Made by a program: the position numbers and the translations under genes
DNA from: Octopus sinensis
Taxonomy: Eukaryota
Direction: 5' to 3'
NCBI RefSeq assembly: GCF_006345805.1
Contig: NW_021836470.1
Span: 1-24,048 of the forward strand
DNA: 24,048 nt
In this document: positions 10,600 through 19,528 of the stretch, in pieces
Layout of the letters: each line of letters opens with the position of its first letter
Position numbering within the stretch: position 1 is the first letter of the stretch
The notes under the pieces: model-generated
What the model was told of the DNA's origin: nothing
Seen by the model: the letters and a program-made list of their open reading frames with translations, nothing else
Databases searched by the model: none

Positions 10600-11189
10600 G
10601 TGGTATTTTCCAATTTGACATATCCACATGTTTACTTCCTCCGAAAATACAGATCTAGAGTTCAGCAGTACGGTGGAGTTCTTAGATCTGAAAAAGATCT
10701 GCGATTTTTCAGCTATGCGTAGCTTGCATTATTTTGATCCATTAATATATAGCATGGATTTTTCAACTATTTTCAACTTTATTGTATGTGATGTGACGTT
10801 AGACATCACGCTCTGTACGTGGCAAGCCAAATTAGTGGATTTATATCTGTTCCTGAGGCGGAAGAAAGACACGTAGTTTACATAGCGATTTTTGAAGTAA
10901 CCTACACATAACTTGATGTAAATATTTCGTTACGGTTAGTTATCATCTAGCGTTGCTATAACTTCTGCCTCATACACGGCGGATTTAATCATGCACTCCT
11001 GGTCGAGTGGACAACTTCCTGAATCTCGACAGTAACAACTAGGAGTAGGCTGTCGGTTGTGTTTGAGTGTAACAATGCCCTTCGTACTGGGGAAGCAGCT
11101 ATATGATAATTTAATTCGTGTATGTATGATCGTGAAACATACCGATGCATAATCACAGTAATTTACATCTTAAATGATTCTCTTCAAAT
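10600..11189 (-). mobile_element. Penelope-like element, GIY-YIG endonuclease region (pseudogenised)
   Basis: Minus, essentially one frame: KLSYSCFPSTKGIVTLKHN...SCYCRDSGSCPLDQECMIKSAVYEAEV...IYIKLCVGYFKNRYVNYVSFFR...STNLACHV...YINGSK*CKLRIAEKSQI...LLNSRS. Matches PLE motifs KLSYSC, CxCR-CPL-C, VY/YIG, FKxRY, CxLCxxEK and LLNxR. Confidence 0.9.
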
Positions 11190-11219
11190 ACTACTACTAC
11201 TACTACTTCTACTACTACA

Positions 11220-11250
<31 letters not shown>

Positions 11251-11310
11251 ATAATATAATAATAATAATAATAATAATATAATAATAATATAATATAATA
11301 ATAATAATAC

Positions 11311-11368
<58 letters not shown>
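11190..11368. repeat. (CTA)n-(AAT)n-(AT)n compound microsatellite
   Basis: Direct reading. Confidence 0.95.
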
Positions 11369-11370
<2 letters not shown>

Positions 11371-11482
11371 TTGTTCTGGGGAGAGTCATTCTATTTTAAT
11401 TAACACACTCACCGGTTCGATTTCCATCCATTTTCTTATTTATTTTTCCTAAAATTTTCGTTGCGTCTTGCAACCTCTTCCT
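11369..11482 (-). mobile_element. Short interspersed repeat with a degenerate hammerhead-like half core, ending in (AT)n
   Basis: Minus: GAAGA-G-GUUGC(AAGAC)GCAAC-GAAA-AUUUUA...; CU of the core and the 5' strand of stem I are missing. Confidence 0.45.
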
Positions 11483-11554
11483 TTGTCGTTGACTCTGTTC
11501 GCATTTGGAGCAGCGTTCTTCTTGTCTGTTTGCTTGTGCGCTTGTGTTTACACA

Positions 11555-11650
11555 TATGTACGTATGTATGTATGTATGTATGTATGTATGTATGTATGTA
11601 TGTATGTATGTATTACGTATATATGTATGAATGTATGTACGCACGTGTTT
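11555..11650. repeat. (ATGT)n microsatellite
   Basis: Direct reading. Confidence 0.95.
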
Positions 11651-11732
11651 GTATGCATACTGTAAATTTTGTGAATACTTGATAAGTGTAAGCACATGTA
11701 TATTCCAGATAGTGGCAGAGGTGAGAGAATAT

Positions 11733-12005
11733 ATCAAATATAAATTAAAAGCAGAACACAAAGGATATCGTGGTACACGTGTTTCAAACTTTACAAACAA
11801 TCCGTTATTACATCAGTGTATTATTGATATAAAAGATGGTTTAAAGCTCTCTTCAGCCGCAAACATTGTTAGTCCAAACATTGCTTTAAGAGAGCTTTAA
11901 ACCATCTTTTATATCAATAATAAACTGATGTAATAACGGATTGTTTATAAAGTTTGAAACACGTGTACCACGATATCCTTGTGTTCTGCTTTTAATTTAT
12001 ATTTG

Positions 12006-12007
<2 letters not shown>
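11733..12007. repeat. Long inverted repeat: arms 11733-11853 and 11888-12007, 34-bp spacer
   Basis: Arms are reverse complements with 2 substitutions and one 1-nt indel over about 120 bp (checked by eye). Confidence 0.97.
11768..11862 (-). ncRNA. Type I hammerhead ribozyme motif with elongated stem II
   Basis: Minus: UUGCGG-CUGAAGA-[GAGCUUU...64-nt irregular hairpin...AAAGUUU]-GAAA-C-ACGU-G-UA|CCACGA. Core CUGAAGA 11856-11850, GAAA 11785-11782, palindromic stem III loop ACGU, GUA cleavage triplet 11776-11774. Stem I is 5 of 6 bp including one G.U, with one C.A mismatch. Confidence 0.75.
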
Positions 12008-12078
<71 letters not shown>

Positions 12079-12100
12079 CATACATACATACATACATACA
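12008..12100. repeat. (AT)n-(ACAT)n microsatellite
   Basis: Direct reading. Confidence 0.95.
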
Positions 12101-13111
12101 CATGCATTACAGAATGTATGTGATGAAAGTTATGAATGAGTGTTAATAATATACGAAGGGAGTGAGCGTCAAAGAGCATGGTAAATATATATAGAGAGAG
12201 CGATAAATTGACGGGGATTGATAGAGTGGCAGAGTTGTCGATCTAAATGTTGAGTTATTTCTCGTAGAAAGTTATATTTTTTATTATTTACAAACGACAT
12301 TATCTGTGGGACGCTAATTTCGAAAATCAAATTCGTTTTTCTGGACGATTCACCGTTTCAGAGCCTATTTGTGCTAAACATACATAGATAACTAGATTCA
12401 CTTGTATTTATATAGCAGACATATTATCGGCTTCCTGTTCGCACAACATAACTGAAATCCTAAAATCATGCAAGTATATTCAGCCCCACACCAACAGTAC
12501 ACTTGTAACTACTGAAATATCATATAGGACAAACGTTTTACATTTTGTTTTTCGCAAGTAATGACGGATCAACCACAAAAGTCAGAAAAATATGAAAGAA
12601 TTTTTTTATGTGAGTCAAATCAAATGCATCCGAAAGTCGATATCAAGAAACTCTACATTCATTAACACGACGCCTAAAGGAAAACTGAAGCTCTGTGTCC
12701 CACTTTGTCTGTTGCATATGTGAGATGCGCTACTAACAGGAATTGTTGTCTATAAATTTACTTCATAATGCAATAGAGAGCAAAAGTGAAAGCAAGACCT
12801 ATCTGAAAGGCTCCAAGTTTTAAAGGAGGTAGCGAGATCACTTAATGTTTCATGAGACATAATATCAAATTATAGTTAATGGGATCATTTTTCCGTGGTT
12901 AGCGCTATACGCCTGAACAATTATGGAAAACTGATGTGAGGACCGGCCGAATTATTTGTTGCTTTATGTTTATGATTTTGTACTGAGTGCATTCTGATAT
13001 ACAATAGTCAATTCACCGATTAATTCAACTAAATATTAACTGAATGTACGATCGCAAAACTCTATGTCGAGCAGAGATAATCGTAAACAGATGTCCCATT
13101 ATGATATATTA

Positions 13112-13165
13112 TTTATGTATGTATGTATGTATGTATGTATGTATGTATGTATGTATGTATGTATG

Positions 13166-13194
<29 letters not shown>
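13112..13194. repeat. (ATGT)n microsatellite
   Basis: Direct reading. Confidence 0.97.
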
Positions 13195-13197
<3 letters not shown>

Positions 13198-13529
13198 GCT
13201 GGACTCAAGAGTCATCTTCGTAGTCATAAAGTGAGACAGATGAGTGACAACCCGGCCACTGGTGGTGGTGTTACACACCATACTAATCATATCTGTCGGG
13301 TATGTGGAAGAGAGTGTAATCCGGCAGGAGGACTTAAACGACATGCAAAGGTACATGAAGCCCAGTTACAACTTACAGCCGGCTATTACCGGTAAAGGTT
13401 TTAGTTACCAATTCTGTACAAGACATTGTAGATCTTTAGCTGGGCTAAAAAGTCACATTCGATCACAGCACCAATAACAGTTAAACTTCGTGCAATGGCC
13501 ATACTCGATAACGAGGGGGCAGCCATAAT
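13195..13529 (+). mobile_element. 3' end of a probable RTE-type LINE with three C2H2-like zinc fingers
   Basis: KAGLKSHLRSH (truncated), CRVCGRECNPAGGLKRHAKVH, then a frameshift, then YQFCTRHCRSLAGLKSHIRSQH* (stop 13475-13477). No TGEKP linkers. Short 3' UTR with hairpin CTCG-ATAA-CGAG, then (GTAT)n. Confidence 0.65.
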
Positions 13530-13742
13530 GTGTGTATGTATGTATGTATGTATGTATGTATGTATGTATGTATGTATGTATGTATGTATGTATGTATGCA
13601 CGCATGTATGTATGTATGTATGTATGTATGTATGTATGTATGTATGTATGTATGCACGCATGTATGTATGCATGCATGTATGTTGTATGTATGCATGTAT
13701 GTATGCATGCATGTATGTTGTATCCATGCATGTATGTATGAA
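13530..13742. repeat. (GTAT)n/(GCAT) microsatellite
   Basis: Direct reading. Confidence 0.95.
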
Positions 13743-13759
13743 TGTTCACTTCTACTTTT

Positions 13760-14690
13760 AATTATTCAAATTCTTCCACTGCGGAATGGGCTGGTTTCTC
13801 ACAACGATTCAAAGCTCCATCATTAGAATGGGGATAACAAAAATCAATATCTTATTTAAAACCTGAGGCAAGTCTTGCATATTTTTTTTACTACTCCACT
13901 TACATATTGTATTTGTAATGTGCGAGTTGGTTGGTTCATTACTTTTCTGAAAACCCCATTTACTCACAAACCCAGTACCACCGATTATTATTGGTGCAAA
14001 TGTGAATTTATAATCTTGATATAGAAGACAGAGATTTCGAAGCAGTTGTCTATAGTTGTCCGCTTTCGCTTTGATTTGCAAAGAAGTATTCACATCATCA
14101 GGACAGCTGGCCTTTATAGCAGTGCGTTCTTTTTCTTGTATATACCAAACAACAATATCCGACCTGTTATATTTATACTTGACAGATGTTTTGATGGGAA
14201 TGTTACACCAGTATTCCTTGTGTGGATGGTTGTGCATGTATCCAATAACAAGAAGAGTCTCTATATTTATTCCAGGAGTTTTTTTTATGTCTAACTGCAT
14301 TCCATATGGTTTTCACGATAATATCGTGTCACATAGGTAAATAGTACCTAGATAACATTTCTGGGCACATGCTAGTCTTCCATGTGAAATGTCTTCCATA
14401 TAAATATGATATAATCAACATTTTCCGTTATATATTGGAGCTCCAGGAGCTTCACTGTCTCTTTTGTTTATTAGAGTTTTCGAAGCATTCTCCTGTTCTT
14501 GGATCACAAATAAATAGCCTTCGTAGTGCGGTATGATGTGGCGTTCACGAGTCCAAGAGATTTTTCGCTTCATGTCAATATTACTGTATTCTTCGAGTCT
14601 TCGGGAAACATACCGTGATAATCTCATTTTTTTTATTTTGGAAATTGAGCGTTTTGCAACCGGGTTCTCTTTGAGATATATTAGTTAGTA
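13760..14690 (-). mobile_element. Divergent R4-clade (RLE) non-LTR fragment
   Basis: Minus: HYEGYLFVIQEQENASKTLINKRD...NGKC...EDISH...EYWCNIPIKTSVKYKYNRSDIVVW...SCPDDVN...KADNYRQLLRNLCLLYQDYKFTFAPIIIG...VVKICKTCLRF; contains frameshifts. Confidence 0.85.
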
Positions 14691-14756
14691 TGTATACATG
14701 TATGTAAATGCACATATGTAGATTTATATATGTGTGTGTATGTATATATATTTATT

Positions 14757-14819
<63 letters not shown>

Positions 14820-15024
14820 TTATATACATATATATAAGATATATATATATATGTATATGTTATATATATTTATTTATATACATATATATATATATATATA
14901 AACATGTATATATAATATAAATGAATATATGCATATATATATATGTGTGTGTATGTATATATATTTATTTATATACATATAATATATATATAAACATGTA
15001 TATATAATATAAATGAATATATGC

Positions 15025-15076
<52 letters not shown>

Positions 15077-15141
15077 ATATATATTTATTTATATACATAT
15101 AATATATATATAAACATGTATATATAATATAAATGAATATA

Positions 15142-15176
<35 letters not shown>

Positions 15177-15200
15177 GCACACATACATATGTATAAATAT
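14690..15200. repeat. AT-rich low-complexity region containing a triplicated 90-120-bp unit
   Basis: tatatataaacatgtatatataatataaatgaatatatgcat recurs three times (about 14895, 14985, 15105). Confidence 0.9.
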
Positions 15201-15290
15201 AATATATACCTTTATGCATATAAGTTTGCATGTGGGCAAATATTTGTGTGGTTAAATTTGTATGTGAGAAAATGTTCGTAACTTTTGCAG

Positions 15291-15375
15291 AAAGAAATTG
15301 CAGCCGCTGCAGTCGCTATGATCCATTTTTCCCTTCATATGATAGAAACGAATGCTGTTATAATTCAATTTTCAA
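15291..15375 (+). CDS. Candidate internal exon (Cys-rich), phase 1 to phase 2
   Basis: Acceptor acttttgcag; open frame RNCSRCSRYDPFFPSYDRNECCYNSIF; weak donor AA|gtattg. Confidence 0.2.
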
Positions 15376-15767
15376 GTATTGTTGCTTCACATCCCACCTA
15401 GATCCAAATCTAACTCATACCCTAAATTCAAATTAACGGACAGCCAATATTCAAATATATTTCTATTTGTCCTCTGCGACTTTTGCTATGATTTGAATGA
15501 TAGAATTCCAATATCCTCAGTATTTGTCATTAACTTCTTATCACTGCAGTCTATTTCGAATCGGTTGCGAGAGAAAAATGAATAAATATGAAGCTACCTT
15601 CATATGAATCTGGTTGAAAAATTAATACCAATGGAGGTATGATCGGATTTTAATGAATCAATTAATATTCACACTATTTCGTTTTCTATTACATTAATAT
15701 TTGCCAAGGGTTTTGATTCTATTATCGTTGTCTCTGTGCAGCTTTAAACGAAAAATAAACATAGCCA

Positions 15768-15816
15768 TACTACTACTACAACAACAACAACAACTACTAC
15801 TACTACTACTACTACA

Positions 15817-15850
<34 letters not shown>

Positions 15851-16104
15851 ATAATAATAATAATAATAATAATATAATAATGATAATGATAATAATAATA
15901 ATGATAATAATGATAATAATAATAATAATAATAATGATAATAATAATAAAATAATAATATAATAATAATAATAATAATGATAATAATAATGATAATCATA
16001 ATAATAATGATAATGATAATAATATAATAATAATAATAATGATATAATAATAATATAATAATAATAATAATAATGAATATAATAATGATAATCATAATAT
16101 AATG

Positions 16105-16187
<83 letters not shown>

Positions 16188-16280
16188 TAATAATAATGAG
16201 AATAAGAAGAAGAAGAAGAGAAGAAGAAGAAGAAGAAGAAAGAAGAAGAAGAAGAAGAAGAAGAAGACAACAACAACAAA
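15768..16280. repeat. (CTA)n-(AAT)n-(GAA)n compound microsatellite
   Basis: Direct reading. Confidence 0.95.
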
Positions 16281-16943
16281 GACTTTTGGTGATTATAGTG
16301 ACGGTGATGATGATGATAAGCAGAGAAATATATTTATTCACTAAGCTACGTTTATTTATTATTTTTATTTTTATTTTTATTTATTTATTATTATTATTTT
16401 ATTTTTATTTATTTATTTATTTTTTTGTCTGAATACTTGATAAGCATTAACCGCTTTTACATAAATCAAATTAATTCGATCAGAAATGATCAGTAAAAAT
16501 TCATGACTCTGTACGCTAGATGAATGAAATTGATGTTTCTGAAGTACAAGTTCATAGGGAGTTTGAAAATTCAGTTTTGATTTTAAATTGGAAATATAAA
16601 TAAATTCCTTAAACGGAATAATATATCTCAGGTAAAACAGATGTGTCGAAAGAGGGTACATGGAAAATGAAAATTACAAAGCGAAACAAAACAAAGAAAA
16701 TAAACTCGTTGATTTTATGTAGAACTCGGCATGCAAACTGAAATTCAATTTCTTTTCAAAATTTCTTTTCACAATGTTAACGAAATATTTTTCAAAATTA
16801 CTTCTTTAAAAACTTCCTATCAAACTTTTACCTTTTCTGATCATTCTGATAATTCTGATCATACATTTTTTAAATGTAATTTGTGTGCTGTAGTCCATAA
16901 TATCAAAGAACCCCTAACCACATAAATGTATTTTCCATTTCAG

Positions 16944-16983
16944 ATTTTATGGAGTAATTAATACATTTCATCCATCTGTTATA
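16944..16983 (+). CDS. Candidate 40-nt internal exon, phase 2 to phase 0
   Basis: Branch-like CCCTAAC about 25 nt upstream, acceptor ttttccatttcag, donor ATA|gtaagc, open frame FYGVINTFHPSVI. Confidence 0.35.
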
Positions 16984-17113
16984 GTAAGCTATTCTATTAC
17001 AAGTCAGTACGCATGTACAAATGATTTCGTAATCTCACTGCAAAAAAAAATAAGAAAGGGTTTCTAAGAAATGTCTGATGATTATTAATTTGAAAATAAT
17101 ATTAAAAAACTTT

Positions 17114-17410
17114 GTACTTCGCATCAGAAAATATAACTTTTTCATTCTTTCTAATAGGGACGTATCATAGTTGATCAAATAAGCAGGTATTTTCTTTTCT
17201 TCTGAAGTGAAGTGTGATTGTGTAACGCGTATATTCTTCAAGTACTCTGAAAAATTCGTACTTCGCATCACAAAATATAGCTTTTTAAAAATTTATCATT
17301 CTTTCTATTAGAGATGGGTTCAAATAAACAGCCATTTTTTCTCTTATTTCTTTCTGAAGTTAAATGTAACAGGGTAATGAGTAAATTCTTTGAGTAGCCT
17401 CAAAATAAAA
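17114..17410. repeat. Diverged tandem duplication, period about 144 bp
   Basis: GTACTTCGCATCA at 17114 and 17258, followed in both by aaaatata.ctttt...cattctttcta...caaataa...tttct.ctgaagt...tgtaac. Confidence 0.85.
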
Positions 17411-17590
17411 AAAGAGTTGTTCATTTCTATATTTTCATCATATGACACGGGTTTATTTTTCTTCAGCAAGTGCAATAATTTTACTTAAAACATTTATAAC
17501 ATTGCGCCTTCTTTCTGAATGGTATTACATTTTGCATAAGAATTCTTACAGTTGTAGTTTTCAACGACACAGCTTAATTTTTTATCTTAG

Positions 17591-17743
17591 CGGAATAAGC
17601 TCAAGTATAAAAATAGAAACGTTATTCCTTCATCATCTGTCACAAGTTTCAATGTTGTTTTGCTTTCCATAGATTCTACTAGTGCAAAAGCTTCTAACTC
17701 TAGATTAGACACTTTAGTTTTTACTATCATTCTGATTATGTGA
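17591..17743 (+). CDS. Candidate terminal exon, phase 0, Ser-rich with hydrophobic C-terminus
   Basis: Acceptor ttaattttttatcttag; 50 codons RNKLKY...SAKASNSRLDTLVFTIILIM*; AATAAA at 17816-17821. Confidence 0.28.
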   Translation, partial: RNKLKYKNRNVIPSSSVTSFNVVLLSIDSTSAKASNSRLDTLVFTIILIM

Positions 17744-17848
17744 TTATGAGACTGCAATTGACTAATTTGCAATTTGGAGAGAAACTATGAAGATTATTGA
17801 CACATCTGTTTCAAGAATAAATTTCCTTGGTAATCCACTGAATATACT

Positions 17849-18400
17849 AATATTATTATTGATTTGACTCGGGTTCGGTCTTATATCTTGTAGGATTTAT
17901 GTAGGTTGCAGATTACTACCATTAACCTTAGATACCCACAAGTATTCAATAGTCTTTGAAGTATTTGGATCACTCCTGATATTTCCTGTCCCTAAGAGGC
18001 CAATTTTCTGTACAAGCTCTAAGGACCTTCTATTCCAGTCTCCTTCAACCAATTGTTTATATATTTGCTTACAATTTTCAATGCATCAATTATAATAGGC
18101 ACAATCTTTGCTGTTTCCATACACCAAATTCTTGCAATTTCAAATTTTAAGGGATTGTATAGTATTTTTTCGTCATCTTTCTTTACGATCCTGGACTCAG
18201 ACAAACATGATGGGTCAATTAGTATGGAATTTCGCCTTTCCTTGTGTATTAGTGTTATATCTGGTCAATAATATTCTAGATTTTTTTTCTATTTGAATAG
18301 AAAAGTCTCACGAAATCTTACATTTCTCCAAATCCAGCAAGCTTTCGACCCGATGTCGCTGGTCCACTTCCTTCTCCTCACTCTATTATATCTTGACGCT
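17849..18400 (-). mobile_element. R4/Dong-clade RLE fragment with 3' UTR and short (AAT) tail
   Basis: Minus: HRVESLLDLEKCKIS.DFSIQ...PDITLIHK...ILIDPSC...KILYNPLKFEIARIW...VPIIIDAL...LELVQKIGLLGTGNI; ends gagtcaaatc-aataataat at 17861-17849. Confidence 0.8.
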
Positions 18401-19130
18401 GTTTTAGGAGAACAACTGCTGTTAGTCTGTATCTATACTGAACCACTGCATGCGAGAGGCCTTCCCTTAATAGTCTAGCTTCATTTTTGCAGTTGCTACA
18501 AGAGTTTCTGGGCAAACTCTAGTCTCTTATAAACTGAGATAAGGCAATGTCCGTCAGCATCGTCATCACCACAATTATTATTCGACATCTGGCAGTCTGA
18601 AATAAATTTCTATTGCGTCAGGTGCTGTGCTTTCGGGTTTGTGAGGCGTGTGCACCGTTTATTTCGTTTGGGGAGTATTGCATTGCATAGGTAGGCTTTG
18701 TAATGGGATTTGGCTAGAGTCTTCAGTTGTATTAGTGTTTATATTGTGCAGTCTTTGTGCAGTGAGGAATCGGGCCTCTATGACACATGTGGGATTTGTT
18801 CATTTTATTCGGTATTTACTGTATGAGTTTATTCCCGTATGTTCTCGGGAAAGTTGCAGTGTAGAGTAAATCATTGTAATCATTGTTATTTGTCCATCGC
18901 TCATTTTTGGTTTTGCTATTCGTTTCGACATTGACATTAAGAGATGGGTTCATCTTTACAGCGTCCACTTTTGACAAAATACCTCCTCTGAACGTATGTT
19001 GCAGTTGCTTTCGCATAGTGACTGTCCGAGGCTCACTAGACAAAATAGATTGCTATTACTTTCTCTTGTATTCTTTGATCTCTATTTATAGCTTTTTCAT
19101 CGAACACTGGTCATAGTTATTCCTTTCCAA
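18400..19130 (-). mobile_element. Highly decayed LINE linker/RT-start region (possibly RTE-like)
   Basis: Collinear weak motifs on minus: LSKVDAV...NERW...YNDLL, YSPNEI, APDAI, LP, EGLS...QYR..LT.VV..K; many stops and frameshifts. Confidence 0.4.
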
Positions 19131-19165
19131 TTCAGAGGAATGAAGATTCTCGCCTCTTTGTTTAT

Positions 19166-19167
<2 letters not shown>

Positions 19168-19217
<50 letters not shown>

Positions 19218-19385
19218 CATCATCACCACCACCACCACCACCACCATCACCATCATCATCATCACATCATCATCATCATCACCACCACCACCATCACCAC
19301 CACCACCATCATCATCATCATCTTCTTCATCATCATCATCATCATCACCACCATCACCATCATCATCACCATCACCACCACCACC

Positions 19386-19417
<32 letters not shown>

Positions 19418-19455
19418 TATCATCATCATCATCATTATTATTATTATTATTATTA

Positions 19456-19527
<72 letters not shown>
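19168..19527. repeat. (CAT)n/(CAC)n-(ATT)n microsatellite
   Basis: Direct reading. Confidence 0.95.

Positions 19528-19528
<1 letters not shown>

Noticed and set aside
11925-11967. Internal CTGATG...GAAACACGTGTA in the right arm as a separate hammerhead
   Set aside because: A9 is missing and there is no stem I or II; the CTGATG is part of the long stem II of the real motif.
12931-12952. CTGATGTGAGGACCGGCCGAA hammerhead-like string
   Set aside because: Two-base insertion in the core, GAAU instead of GAAA, no stems I or III.
13195-13477. Host C2H2 zinc-finger gene
   Set aside because: No TGEKP linkers, frameshifted, no splice sites, and ends in a LINE-like hairpin plus repeat tail.
17075-17100. 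CTGATGA...GAAA
   Set aside because: Intervening AT-only sequence forms no stem II; no stem I.
17591-17640. KNRNVIP resemblance to the PTP KNRY motif
   Set aside because: Motif order is wrong and downstream DYINA is absent.
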